This document shows positions 10,170 to 20,095 of a stretch of 64,000 bases of DNA, one piece after another. Location: IMG/VR virus record IMGVR_UViG_3300021400_004415; one strand, given 5' to 3'. The notes under the pieces are model-generated. The model had not been told where the DNA came from and made no database searches. It saw nothing but the letters and a program-made list of their open reading frames with translations. Numbering within the stretch: the stretch's first letter is position 1; each line of letters begins with the position of its first letter. The DNA is from an uncultured virus (IMG/VR IMGVR_UViG_3300021400_004415) (Duplodnaviria > Heunggongvirae > Uroviricota > Caudoviricetes). The translations under genes were made by a program, and so were the position numbers.

Positions 10170-11679
10170 TTTGTCTGTACTTGTCTGGGCGGGGCATGTG
10201 AGCGTGATGTTCACTTGCCCCGCCCGTGTTTTCCGTATGAGTGAACGTATAGGGCCCGCGTGGGTGGTGTCGGGATGTCCGCCCGCAGAGCAAGGACATA
10301 ACGACGCCGGAAAGGCGCAAGACACGGCGTAGCGATGCGAGACGGAAGCCATGTATGGCGACGTCTGCATCGCTTTGCCGTGTAGAGGATGCGGGTGGAC
10401 GGAACGTGATGCGGAAAACCCGTCACCCCGACGTACTCCTTTAGAGGAGGAGAGGTGACGGTAATCCGTCCCCTTGGTGTCTCGTGGATGACGGGGCGAC
10501 CAGGCTTAGAGACTGGTCGCACGTCATACTGCATCAAGGGGAACGGGCGATAGCCGTAGTCCCTTGTATCCTTTCTCCGCGAGCCGGGACCCGGCGCGAA
10601 AGGAAAAGCCCTTCAGGGCTGGGCGTATATATATGAAGAAACGATGAAAAACGGGTGGCGAGAGGAGGAAAGGTGTCATCAGTATCCTTTGTATGGGGTT
10701 GAAAGGGTGGTTTGGGGAGTTGTGATGGTCTTGATGTCTTCCGTGGTTCTTTTTCCTTGTCTGCCGCAGGCGTTCCGAAGCCCGTCCCTGTGGGATAGGA
10801 GGCGTAGCGGTTCGTAAGTACCGGCGAAGCGTGCGTGTCGGACGCCATCATCGAGGAAAGGGCCTGTAACGGCCCTGACGCAAGAGGATGGCAAGGGAGA
10901 CGGTAAAGGGATAGGCTTTATTGGAGAGTCCGTTTCATAAGGCCCGGAAAAGGGGCCCGGCGGGTCGGACAGCAGGCTGGGACATCGTTCAGCCTGCTGA
11001 GCGTCCCCAAGGGGTTCCAGCCTCATCGATTGTTAAATGGATGAGCGCTGGAACCGAGGATGAGTAGCTCGGTTGAGAGCGACACTCATCCGAGCCTGCC
11101 CTTGTGGGTCTTGGGTTCCGGCGCTGGAGACAAGCGGGCGCCAATCTTGTTGGCGAGAAGCTTGCAGCGCAGGTTCCCAAGAAGCGGTGCCGGGGGTTTA
11201 GCGTGGATAGACGGGAAAAGAGGGCCCACAGGAGGGAGAAGGCTCCTGTTCCAGGGGAAGGGGGAAACCAATGATTGCTCCGAGAACGTTCTCGGAACAA
11301 TCATTGTAGAGGGACGGTGACCGGCACGCGTCTCTCTGTAAGAAGACGCGTGCCTTTCACCGGATGGCATTGCGCGTGTGTTGTAGGAGGGAACGGAGAC
11401 TGTGCGGAAGGGAAAAGGAAGCGTGGACGTGACAGGGGCCCCGGTGGGATATTGAGATGAGACTCTGGCGAAGGGATACCGAAGCCAGAACCTCATCTAT
11501 GGGAGTATGTGCGGCTGACGGGGAAAGGGAACGGAAGGGTTAGCCGAAGAAAGCCTTAGGGAAGGAAAAGTGTGACCTGCGGAGCCTGTGTCCGTTTCTT
11601 TATCATGGTTTGAGGGGTGGTTGCATGGGGTTTTGGTGTAGGGGGATTGCCGGTCTTCAAGTGGACGTAATTATACAAG

Positions 11680-11712
11680 AAAGGGGAGAAGGCGTGAGCC
11701 CCCTCCCCTTTT
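11680..11712. terminator. Terminator-like hairpin at the end of the minus-strand gene block
   Basis: AAAGGGGAG..CTCCCCTTTT stem with A/T tails. Confidence 0.65.
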
Positions 11713-11797
11713 GATAATTTTTAGTTGTAAGAAAAGTCCTAATTTCTTAGCCAAACCACGGGGTTTGCTTTAAGGATTAGGATTTTCCCGACCATGG

Positions 11798-12331
11798 TTA
11801 TTTATTTGCCATTTCTTCTACTTCGAACTCTTCCATAAAGCCGTGGAACCAGGTAAGGAACTTTTTATCCGCGCTGCCCCGGTTCACTTCCATTCCGCAC
11901 CACTCGTCGAGGGTGAGCCACCTCTCCCAGGCTTTCCCAAGTCCCTGTTCATGTTTTTCATCCTCTGGGCCAAGGAGGAAGCCTATCTTGTAGTTGTCGT
12001 ACTGGAGGGCGTTTTCTGATTCCTTGATGAAGAGGACCATGGCGCCGTTATTATTGTCTACGGCCAGTTTGCCGAAATACTGTGGCGTCAGTTCGGCCTC
12101 GCTTCCCAGGATCAGGAAGTGTTCGCTTTTCATCACGTCCTCCGGCACGTCGATTCCTATACGGGATACGTGGGTTTTCCAGTTATAGCTCCTTATGAAG
12201 GAGTTGATGATGCACTTCATTGCTACGAGCGGCATCAGGCGCCCGCTGCCGTCATGGCAGTAATAGGAGCGGAGCCACTTGTTCCCGTCGCGGTCTTCTG
12301 CGACGGTGTAAAACATTGTTCTTTGTCCCAT
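11798..12331 (-). CDS. Hypothetical protein
   Basis: 177 aa ORF, co-oriented and tightly packed. Confidence 0.75.
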   Translation of the reverse strand: MGQRTMFYTVAEDRDGNKWLRSYYCHDGSGRLMPLVAMKCIINSFIRSYNWKTHVSRIGIDVPEDVMKSEHFLILGSEAELTPQYFGKLAVDNNNGAMVLFIKESENALQYDNYKIGFLLGPEDEKHEQGLGKAWERWLTLDEWCGMEVNRGSADKKFLTWFHGFMEEFEVEEMANK

Positions 12332-12335
12332 TGTG

Positions 12336-12590
12336 TCAGTTTTTTGTCACTTCTATGAATTTTCCCATACCCTTGTATCTTACCGAGCCCTTGACCTGTA
12401 ACCCCTCGTTTTTCCTGAGAATGGAGCAGGCCGCCTTGACGGTGTTCTTTTCCCAGAAAGGGAAGAGGACGGCGTTGCCGGCCTTCATCTCCCGTATGAA
12501 CGGCTTTACGCCGCCGAAGGTGGTGGCCCTCCGGTAAGGTTCGTTCTCGTTATCCCTGACATAGATTGGGATGGGTTTATTCTTTTTCAT
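12336..12590 (-). CDS. Hypothetical protein (small, basic)
   Basis: 84 aa, co-oriented. Confidence 0.65.
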   Translation of the reverse strand: MKKNKPIPIYVRDNENEPYRRATTFGGVKPFIREMKAGNAVLFPFWEKNTVKAACSILRKNEGLQVKGSVRYKGMGKFIEVTKN

Positions 12591-12867
12591 AATCGTTAGG
12601 GTGTTAGATCCGTTTCAGTTTCTTGTTTTTAAGTCCGAAAGCCTTTCTATATCTCTTTTCGGCTTCTCGCTTGCTCAAAAAGAAATAACTCTTTACTCCG
12701 TATTCAGAGGATATTACTATCGCTCCGCTCGGAAAATCTCGTTTGATATTTATCCAGTTCATAGTGCAATCAGTTTTCAAAAAGTCCTTTGCGGTATTCA
12801 GTTTATCTGTACAAACAATATCCCATATAAATCCAGTTGCCTTTTTCGTTAATTGTTCTTGAAGTGT

Positions 12868-13623
12868 TTAAAACAGGATTTTCTCGGTGCCGTTGAAGAA
12901 GGTCACCTCATCGTTCTCATCCACGCGGAGGATGAGTTTCTTCTTATCGTTCCCGATGACGTGGTCATTCTCCATGTAGAATGGTCCTTGGACCCGGAGG
13001 AGGGCGACGTAGAGGGCTGTCTGACGCAGTTCCCGCATAGACGTGAAACGTGTGGTGCGGGATCCGACCTCGTACATGTCCCAGTCGACGGATCTGTCGG
13101 AAATATCTTCCTGCGTCACAATACGGGCAAGTTCTACTTCCCAGATGGAATGGGCATTGACGATTTCAGGGTATTCCTTGACGAAATCTTTGAAGAAGAT
13201 TCCTCCGGAAGAGTAACCGGTATCGGTCTTCGTGATAAACTCTACACCGTCAATCTCAAGCGTCCCGTACCGGTGGGGGTTGCTCGGGTAGTTCATGTAG
13301 GAGAAAACGACCTTTCTGTCCGTAAACTTACCCTTTTGGCGCTTCCACTCAAGAAGAGTTGGAAAGGTTTCATAGCGCATCGTAACGCCTTCTTTACCGT
13401 CATTACGCTTGAGCTTGATGCCTTCAAGGTAGTGCTCGGGTATGACCTCCGGGAGATTGAGGCCGTAGTGGTCTATATAGAGCCAGCCCGTCTCGCCGTA
13501 AAAGTCCTTGTCGATGAATTCCCGACGAAAAGAGGGAATGAGTTCCTTTAGGCGTTCGAGTACGCCCTGTCTTGTCATGGTTGTCATTTGAATTTCACGT
13601 TGGTTATTTCTATCCCGTCGCAC
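12868..13623 (-). CDS. Hypothetical protein
   Basis: 251 aa ORF; true start may be the internal MTTMTRQ. Confidence 0.75.
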   Translation of the reverse strand: MRRDRNNQREIQMTTMTRQGVLERLKELIPSFRREFIDKDFYGETGWLYIDHYGLNLPEVIPEHYLEGIKLKRNDGKEGVTMRYETFPTLLEWKRQKGKFTDRKVVFSYMNYPSNPHRYGTLEIDGVEFITKTDTGYSSGGIFFKDFVKEYPEIVNAHSIWEVELARIVTQEDISDRSVDWDMYEVGSRTTRFTSMRELRQTALYVALLRVQGPFYMENDHVIGNDKKKLILRVDENDEVTFFNGTEKILF

Positions 13624-13825
13624 TTACCCAGTTAATCATATCATTCAGAGTCTCATTCAATACGGAACTATCGGAATCCGCAAAGAAGTCATACTCATAA
13701 TCAGAGCGCCCGTTCGGACTCACTACACGAACTCCAATAAACCCAGGCTTCTCCCGCGTGCTCACTGAATACCCGTTCCGCTTTGCTATCTTGATAGCGG
13801 ATTTCAATGCTTCTCGTATCTTCAT
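13610..13825 (-). CDS. Hypothetical protein
   Basis: 71 aa, tight packing. Confidence 0.65.
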   Translation of the reverse strand: MKIREALKSAIKIAKRNGYSVSTREKPGFIGVRVVSPNGRSDYEYDFFADSDSSVLNETLNDMINWVSATG

Positions 13826-13828
13826 GTG

Positions 13829-14152
13829 TTATCTGAATTTAACGTTAATGATTTTCACCCCATCGCAAACAGGACCAAGAAGCTTGTTAAAAGTCTCCTG
13901 GGACATCACGTTTTTAGCGGTGGTATTGTAGTTTTGCGTTTCGGCATCGAATTCGACACTGAGAGTCAAGGATACAAATTGAGTAAACCGCTTGGTTTTC
14001 TGTTTTCGGGGCTTACGGATGAAAGCCTTGGCCTCGCTCATACTGAAGCAGGTTTTTTCCTGGATCTCTCCGTCAACCATTTTGGTTGAGAGGAAGGAAC
14101 CATCGTGGAATTCAAGGATCTTGTTTCCGTAATAGATGTGCTCTTTTGCCAT
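13829..14152 (-). CDS. Hypothetical protein
   Basis: Start placed at MAKEHIY, which removes overlap with the upstream gene. Confidence 0.65.
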   Translation of the reverse strand: MAKEHIYYGNKILEFHDGSFLSTKMVDGEIQEKTCFSMSEAKAFIRKPRKQKTKRFTQFVSLTLSVEFDAETQNYNTTAKNVMSQETFNKLLGPVCDGVKIINVKFR

Positions 14153-14156
14153 GGCG

Positions 14157-14591
14157 TTACTTGTATTCAGGGATGAACATCTGTTCGTCTTTGTCATACT
14201 TCATGACGACTCGTCCGTGTTGGATGTCTTCCTTCAGTTCCTGCAGGAAGAAGATCGTATCCATGATGCTGTTGTCTGACAGAGGTGACATCTGACCGTC
14301 ATGCTCGCTTATCTTGAGGTTGTGCGGATTCCCGCCGATATCCTCCACGCTGATTGTCCCCGTGTAGTCGAAACTCGTCACGAGGCATTTTTCGTAACGG
14401 GTTTCCACGTGCAACTGCGGGCCGAAATCGTTCAGTTTTCTGATATCCACACAAAAGGCCTTGTCTCCCGTCATTTCGGTCAGGAGGGAGATGAGATACC
14501 TTTGTGCCACTTGACTGAAAGTGACTTTCATCTGGTTCAACACGTTACGTGTGGACTCGTAGATTTCCTTATCGAGGTCTCTTTTTTTCAT
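14157..14591 (-). CDS. Hypothetical protein
   Basis: 144 aa, co-oriented. Confidence 0.7.
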   Translation of the reverse strand: MKKRDLDKEIYESTRNVLNQMKVTFSQVAQRYLISLLTEMTGDKAFCVDIRKLNDFGPQLHVETRYEKCLVTSFDYTGTISVEDIGGNPHNLKISEHDGQMSPLSDNSIMDTIFFLQELKEDIQHGRVVMKYDKDEQMFIPEYK

Positions 14592-14624
14592 ATTATACTT
14601 GATTTTTTGTCGGTGAGGGCGAGC

Positions 14625-14789
14625 CTAAAAGTCGGCTACGAGTCGGTAGGTCCGTCCGCTCGCGTTTTTCAGGACTTCACGGAGTTCCGAGTCCGTGTAT
14701 TTCTCGGCTATCTCCCGGCTGACGCCGTTATGGTTCATGGTAATCTGGATAGCCCTCTCGCGGGTGACTTTGATGTTTTTACGTTTCAT
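14625..14789 (-). CDS. Small hypothetical protein (54 aa)
   Basis: Manual translation MKRKNIKVTRERAIQITMNHNGVSREIAEKYTDSELREVLK..; fills the gap; below ORF-track cutoff. Confidence 0.6.
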   Translation of the reverse strand: MKRKNIKVTRERAIQITMNHNGVSREIAEKYTDSELREVLKNASGRTYRLVADF

Positions 14790-14796
14790 GGTGCGG

Positions 14797-15210
14797 TTAT
14801 TCTGATATATGTTTCTTGATTCTCTCGTAGAGTGGCGGGGAATTGCGCTCTATGAGCTGGAGGTCTTCGCTCATCCCTTCCGAGGGAAGGAGGGTGTAGT
14901 CGATGTCCAGCCTTTCGAACAGTCTCAGCCACCTCCACCCGCTGTCGTAGAACTTGTTTGATGGAGTTCCTTCGAATGTCGGGTGGATGATACGGAAAAG
15001 ACGCTTCACCTTTATTTGCAGGCCGGATTCCCGGAGGCGCCTTTCAAACTCCTTCTGGCAGTATTCTATCGTCATGTCCGGGAGTTTGTCCTGGTGTCTT
15101 TTGATGTCCTGATGGATGTCAAGTGAATCCGTCCATTCGAGAGCGTTCAGGATGGTGTTTTTTGTCAGCGCGTGTTCCGCGAGGGAACAGAGCGTTATAG
15201 TGTTTTTCAT
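14797..15210 (-). CDS. Hypothetical protein
   Basis: 137 aa, co-oriented. Confidence 0.7.
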   Translation of the reverse strand: MKNTITLCSLAEHALTKNTILNALEWTDSLDIHQDIKRHQDKLPDMTIEYCQKEFERRLRESGLQIKVKRLFRIIHPTFEGTPSNKFYDSGWRWLRLFERLDIDYTLLPSEGMSEDLQLIERNSPPLYERIKKHISE

Positions 15211-15254
15211 TTTGTCTGAATGTTACCGTTGAATGCGCTTTAGGTTAAGAGGAA

Positions 15255-15279
15255 AGGGACGGCCGTTATGGCCGTCCCC
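15255..15279. terminator. GC hairpin, probable terminator
   Basis: GGGACGGCC-GTTAT-GGCCGTCCC. Confidence 0.6.
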
Positions 15280-15331
15280 TCCTTTCCGTTCCCGGTTTTT
15301 GCGGTGCAGGATTGCCGTGATGAGAGCGTTT

Positions 15332-15838
15332 TTACTCAGGGAACGGGGTTCCGTTAAGGTATTTGATGAGGTCTTCGTCAGTGACCTGTTCTGTTCGAAT
15401 TCGTGACTGACAGACTCCGTTCTTATTGAAGATGAAGAGGACCGGGTATGATATCTGCGTGAATCGTCGTGTCAGGTCTTGCGGAGCCGGGGCGACTACG
15501 GGGAAGGTAATGCCGTATTCTTCGAATTCCGCCATGGTCTCCTCTTTTTCACCTATGGATAGTACGAGTATCGGGTAGTTCTCCGGTGCGATGTTCTTCA
15601 CCTGCAGGAGGCGCTGCTTGCAGTGGCCGCATCCGGGCTTGGTTACCATGATGGCGAAGGGAGTCCCGCTATTCATGAGGGTTTCCGGGGTGTACTCGAC
15701 TCCGTCCGTGGTCGTGAGAGTAAAGTCCGGGACTTTCTCTCCGACCTGGACGAGAAGGGCTGGGTTGACGTTCCCGAAGCAGGAACTGAGGAGCATGATG
15801 CCAATGATGGCAAGCAGGAATGTTTTTAATGTTTTCAT
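15332..15838 (-). CDS. TlpA/peroxiredoxin-like thioredoxin-fold lipoprotein
   Basis: Lipobox LLSSC, VGEKVPDFTL, CGHC active site, YPVLFIFNKNG. Confidence 0.85.
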   Translation of the reverse strand: MKTLKTFLLAIIGIMLLSSCFGNVNPALLVQVGEKVPDFTLTTTDGVEYTPETLMNSGTPFAIMVTKPGCGHCKQRLLQVKNIAPENYPILVLSIGEKEETMAEFEEYGITFPVVAPAPQDLTRRFTQISYPVLFIFNKNGVCQSRIRTEQVTDEDLIKYLNGTPFPE

Positions 15839-15914
15839 GATTTTTAAGAATTTTGGGTTATGTTGTTGATTTGTTTAGTTTTTTGTAGTAACAGAACTTT
15901 ATGGTTTTATGGTT

Positions 15915-16181
15915 TTAGATAACAACTACTTTCATGTGTGTTATGAGGAACTCAAGTGCCTCATTTTTACTCTCGAGTTCATCAAAGTAGAAATTGACTT
16001 CGTAACCTTCCCCTTTTTGACAATACTCCGGATCCGGAGCATTGAAGAGGACTGCAATGAAATAATCTCCCAGATTCCTATCTTCGTAATCGATTACTCG
16101 GACAATATTATCCGTGTTAAAGAATTCGTTACCCGAAAGATTTGATTTAATGGGGTTTATTTTTGAAAATTGGAATAACAT
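15915..16181 (-). CDS. Hypothetical protein
   Basis: Low-GC ORF; start placed at MLFQFSK. Confidence 0.55.
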   Translation of the reverse strand: MLFQFSKINPIKSNLSGNEFFNTDNIVRVIDYEDRNLGDYFIAVLFNAPDPEYCQKGEGYEVNFYFDELESKNEALEFLITHMKVVVI

Positions 16182-16185
16182 AGTA

Positions 16186-16710
16186 TTACTTTTTCGTTTC
16201 GTATGGTTGAAATTCATAGAAGGACTTGAGCTTGCCTATCTGTCTTCCTCTTGGTATGGCTTCGAGCCTTGTGGCCCGGTGGGTTTGAGGGGTGAAGAAG
16301 GCGATTTTTCGGTCCTCGTCAAGGATATACCCGCGCTGTCGGAGGTAATAGGCCTGTTCGGTCTTCTTCTTACTCCATTTCTTGACACGGATTTTCGTTT
16401 TCTGGGGAAGCCCGAAAGCCACTCGCGCCTTCTCTGTCTGCCAGGTCTTCTTGAATGAGGCAGCCCGTTTTTCAAGCACCTCCGGCGTGAGTTCTATCTT
16501 TCCCCACGAGGACGCCGATGCAAGTCCCGACAACCTATGCATGGCTTTTTCGTGCTCCGGTGATTTCGTAAGGTGGTATCTCTTCTGGACATTGCTTACG
16601 GAAGATAGGGAGATGCCGAGCGCCTTGGCGATTTCCTTGTTAGGTGTATCGGCGAAATGCTTCCTGATGAAGTCTATTTGCTCTTGTGTCAGATAGTGTC
16701 CTGTCGGCAT
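16186..16710 (-). CDS. Helix-turn-helix DNA-binding protein
   Basis: LTQEQIDFIRKHF..NKEIAKALGISLSSVSN. Confidence 0.75.
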   Translation of the reverse strand: MPTGHYLTQEQIDFIRKHFADTPNKEIAKALGISLSSVSNVQKRYHLTKSPEHEKAMHRLSGLASASSWGKIELTPEVLEKRAASFKKTWQTEKARVAFGLPQKTKIRVKKWSKKKTEQAYYLRQRGYILDEDRKIAFFTPQTHRATRLEAIPRGRQIGKLKSFYEFQPYETKK

Positions 16711-16713
16711 ATC

Positions 16714-17517
16714 TTAGTCTTTGCAAATGATTTTTCCCCATTCTCCAGCATCTCCCATGATTTCCATTTCGGAGATTTGCTCGCCCACGTCGCCGTTCCT
16801 AAGTACGTTCACCCCAAACCGGGGCTGGTGAAGCAGGGTTCCGTCCTTGAGCATGGTAAGACCTCTCAGTCTGGGATTGTCGAAAGCATCCTGTGTGCCC
16901 CATATTTCAAAGGTGATACGAGTCCCTTTGGTATCGAGACTGTAATTGTAGATATAGAACCACGAGTCGCGGTCTTGCTTGAGGTCAAGGTCCTTGACCG
17001 GGATGTCCACCACGATTTCCTCCGGGGTGTCGTAATCCTTCCCGAGCATTGCCACGAAGCGTACCTTGATGAAGTCTCCAGTACCGAATTCCCGGATATT
17101 GTATATCTCCTTCGGCGGCCGTGACGACTCTTCAAGTTTTCTGATAGCCATCTTGATCCTCCAGTAGGCCATCGTCTGGTATTTTTCTCCGTAGGTTGCG
17201 TATTCGAACACTCCCGGCAGAAGTGATGCACTTTTGTTTGTCTGTGCAAGTAACAACGGAGTTGCCGAACCGATTTTATTAAAGAAGATTTTGTCTGAGA
17301 GTTCTTCCCACGAGTTGATGGCGTCAAGCTGCTTTTGATTAGAGGTGAAATCCACTTTGTAGATTTCAATGACGCAGTCTTCTTTCGTGAACTCTTTCAG
17401 AGCAAATTGTTTCGTATCTTCGATAGTCGGCATCACCCAGATTGTAAACGCTCCTTCTGATTCAATAAAGATGAAGAAACAGGGCTTTTGTGATTGTTTC
17501 CAGGAATTGTAATCCAT
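16714..17517 (-). CDS. Hypothetical protein
   Basis: 267 aa, co-oriented. Confidence 0.75.
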   Translation of the reverse strand: MDYNSWKQSQKPCFFIFIESEGAFTIWVMPTIEDTKQFALKEFTKEDCVIEIYKVDFTSNQKQLDAINSWEELSDKIFFNKIGSATPLLLAQTNKSASLLPGVFEYATYGEKYQTMAYWRIKMAIRKLEESSRPPKEIYNIREFGTGDFIKVRFVAMLGKDYDTPEEIVVDIPVKDLDLKQDRDSWFYIYNYSLDTKGTRITFEIWGTQDAFDNPRLRGLTMLKDGTLLHQPRFGVNVLRNGDVGEQISEMEIMGDAGEWGKIICKD

Positions 17518-17552
17518 TTTTTGTTTTGTTTGTTATTGACAGAATCCTATCG

Positions 17553-17762
17553 TCACACTTTCTTAAAGTGTGTGAGCTGGTGTCCGTGGTTGAACAGTTC
17601 GCAGGGTTGATGATTGGGGTAGCCCATAGGCTGCATACATTTTCTTTTCATGCCGATGTCGCACAGTGAGCACGGATCCGGGGAGAGGCCGGGGACATGG
17701 TTTTTCTTTACGGCTCTGTAAATGATGCCGTTGATGATGATAGCGTTTTTCGGGATTTCCAT
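17553..17762 (-). CDS. Small Cys-containing hypothetical protein
   Basis: IIINGIIYRAV..CSLCD..C..C, phage-like small protein. Confidence 0.65.
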   Translation of the reverse strand: MEIPKNAIIINGIIYRAVKKNHVPGLSPDPCSLCDIGMKRKCMQPMGYPNHQPCELFNHGHQLTHFKKV

Positions 17763-17773
17763 AGCGTATTTTT

Positions 17774-18187
17774 TTAGAATAATTTTGATTCAAATGTATC
17801 GGGGTTTACATACTCCTCAACCTCTTCTCCGGCCTTCTCCTTTATCCATTCCGCAAGGATATGCCGGTGACAGAAACGGCCGGGTTTTTCGTAGCACAGC
17901 AGGATGATGTCTTGAAGACCAAGGGCTGCGGTCCTCTCCTTGATATCTTCCAGCATGATGCGTATCGTGAATTCCCGTGAGTCAAGCATCTTTTTGTACC
18001 TGATTGTGTAATCGGTCTCTGAGAGCAACCCTTTCTTGTAGGGTTCCACTATGTCTTTCCAGGAAGGAATGACTTCCTTCAGGATATAATTGACGGGGAA
18101 CCCTGCCGGGGCTGAGTTTGAGACCTGTACAAAGAAGACCTTATCCAGGTCGAAATGCTGGTTGCCGTAATAGGATGTGTAGAACAT
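17774..18187 (-). CDS. DUF488-family protein
   Basis: MFYTSYY..LLCYEKPGRFCHRHILAEW signature. Confidence 0.8.
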   Translation of the reverse strand: MFYTSYYGNQHFDLDKVFFVQVSNSAPAGFPVNYILKEVIPSWKDIVEPYKKGLLSETDYTIRYKKMLDSREFTIRIMLEDIKERTAALGLQDIILLCYEKPGRFCHRHILAEWIKEKAGEEVEEYVNPDTFESKLF

Positions 18188-18206
18188 GTGTCTGTCCGGG
18201 ATTTCC

Positions 18207-18716
18207 TTATATCTTTCGGGGTTTCATTTTTGTTTTCCTGATGACATCATTGATGATATCGGAGTCTATAATATCGAAGCTGAAGGCGCACGAGAACTCA
18301 TTTAGGTTCCCGTGGAACCGTGCCGTACCGTCCTCTTTGAAATATACTTCCGTCATTTCCTTGTCGAAGGTGTATTTCTTTTCTTCGGTCCAATGGATGA
18401 ACTCGATGGGGCTCATGCCTCTGACCTCCTTCGGTTGCCAGAACCATGTTCTGTACCTGTCGAACCACTTGCCTTCGTTCTTTTCTAACTGGCGCATAAA
18501 GTCGGTGCATGTTTCTTCGTCATGCTTCACGTCGCAGGTGATTTCCTTCTTCTTTCGGGCATCCTCTACGATGTCGTTGAGTTTGTTAAGAAGAAATACT
18601 TCCTTGCCGGAGGGCAGTACGGCGTAGGTAGGGGTGCGGACTACGTCCGTGCCGTACCACGCGCTGAACTCCGGAGGCAAGGGGTTCTTTTCTATCATCG
18701 TGTATTTCTTTGACAT
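18207..18716 (-). CDS. Hypothetical protein
   Basis: 169 aa, co-oriented. Confidence 0.7.
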   Translation of the reverse strand: MSKKYTMIEKNPLPPEFSAWYGTDVVRTPTYAVLPSGKEVFLLNKLNDIVEDARKKKEITCDVKHDEETCTDFMRQLEKNEGKWFDRYRTWFWQPKEVRGMSPIEFIHWTEEKKYTFDKEMTEVYFKEDGTARFHGNLNEFSCAFSFDIIDSDIINDVIRKTKMKPRKI

Positions 18717-18731
18717 AGCTTTTTATAAAAG

Positions 18732-18893
18732 TTAGGCTTTTTCATTTGTCTTTACCGATATGGTAATGTCGGTGTCGGTATCATCCATATCATCGTAGCA
18801 TCCAAGCATAATGTCTAATGCGTTTATCGCATCTTCGGTTGATTGGATTTCATTGCCACTTACATAAATGTTTGCAAGGATTTTGTATTTCAT
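18732..18893 (-). CDS. Small acidic hypothetical protein (53 aa)
   Basis: Manual translation MKYKILANIYVSGNEIQSTEDAINALDIMLGCYDDMDDTDTDITISVKTNEKA. Confidence 0.55.
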   Translation of the reverse strand: MKYKILANIYVSGNEIQSTEDAINALDIMLGCYDDMDDTDTDITISVKTNEKA

Positions 18894-18920
18894 GTTAGAA
18901 TCACGGGAAATTATTTGTAA

Positions 18921-19232
18921 TCACGCGGTGAAAAAAGACCAGTTGGTAATCCTGAGGCTTGTTTCCTCTATGGGGTATCGTGTAATGAAATAACCGAAGA
19001 AACGGTCGATTTTCTCAGGGTCGTTGTCGTTGTCATGACGGTAATCCCTGAGGATGCAGGGGACGTAAGGAAGCCCTTCCTTGTGACGGATGACGTGTAT
19101 CTTATACGGCGCTGGTACGGCTCCGTCGTCAACGGGAGTCTTGGTGAAGCGCCCGATGACATTCGCTTTTTCCCCGGTATCGGGAAGGACGAGTTCCAGG
19201 TGCAGGCATTCAAGGGCTGAAAGGTCTATCAT
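18921..19232 (-). CDS. Hypothetical protein
   Basis: 103 aa, co-oriented. Confidence 0.65.
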   Translation of the reverse strand: MIDLSALECLHLELVLPDTGEKANVIGRFTKTPVDDGAVPAPYKIHVIRHKEGLPYVPCILRDYRHDNDNDPEKIDRFFGYFITRYPIEETSLRITNWSFFTA

Positions 19233-19241
19233 ATTTTCAGA

Positions 19242-19598
19242 TTAATGTAAACGTGCTCGCAGGAGCTCATACAGGTTACGGATGACCGTTGAGAGTATGT
19301 TCAATTCTTTTGCAATCGGCTCATTTTCTTTCAGGAGGGTCGCTTTTATCTTTTCGCCCTGTTCCTTTGAAACGAGGATATCGTCATGGTAATCATCTGA
19401 GACCCTTAGGCGATAGTAGGACATGCTGCCGTCTGCAGATGTTTCTTTTCTCAGCTGGCGTATCGTGTCAAGACGTATAGTTAGCGGTTCACCTTCATGA
19501 TAGTATTCGGAGTCTTTCTTGCCACTTGACAAACCAGCATGTACGTCGTTCATCATGGCAGCACTGTCGAGGTAGATGGTCTGTATTTCTTTGTGCAT
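19242..19598 (-). CDS. Hypothetical protein
   Basis: 118 aa, co-oriented. Confidence 0.7.
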   Translation of the reverse strand: MHKEIQTIYLDSAAMMNDVHAGLSSGKKDSEYYHEGEPLTIRLDTIRQLRKETSADGSMSYYRLRVSDDYHDDILVSKEQGEKIKATLLKENEPIAKELNILSTVIRNLYELLRARLH

Positions 19599-19607
19599 GG
19601 TAATATT

Positions 19608-20069
19608 TTATTTCCAGATTTTTTGTTCCATTCTGTTGCGTTTATCCTCGTTTTCTTTTCGGAAGATGTCGTTTTCGGGCTGTCTCAGTTCATGGATGAG
19701 GATATCTGCAACTTCCTTCATCATCTCCTCCGTTTCGAGGGATATGTTCATGCCTCTTGAGCCCAGCAGCGGCGTTTTTTCTTCCGCCCCGTCGGAGGTT
19801 ACCCGTATGAGGTAACCGTTTTTACCGTCCCGGACGGCGAGGTAAAGGCCCCGGCTGCACCTGATTTCAATGATTACCTCCTCGTGGAAGTAGAGTCTTG
19901 TTTGCAGGTACATCGGGTGGTAGGGTCTCTGCATCCCTTTCAGCCACCTTATTATCGGCAATGTCTGGATATAGGTCTCCAGTCTTTTCTGGTACCGTTC
20001 GTAGATCTTGCCGTACTCCTTGAGGGTGGTTCTTATCTGTCCGGTTGTTATGTCGGTATTGATTGCCAT
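19608..20069 (-). CDS. Hypothetical protein
   Basis: 153 aa, co-oriented. Confidence 0.7.
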   Translation of the reverse strand: MAINTDITTGQIRTTLKEYGKIYERYQKRLETYIQTLPIIRWLKGMQRPYHPMYLQTRLYFHEEVIIEIRCSRGLYLAVRDGKNGYLIRVTSDGAEEKTPLLGSRGMNISLETEEMMKEVADILIHELRQPENDIFRKENEDKRNRMEQKIWK

Positions 20070-20095
20070 GGTAAGTGGTTGTTTACTGGTTGTCG

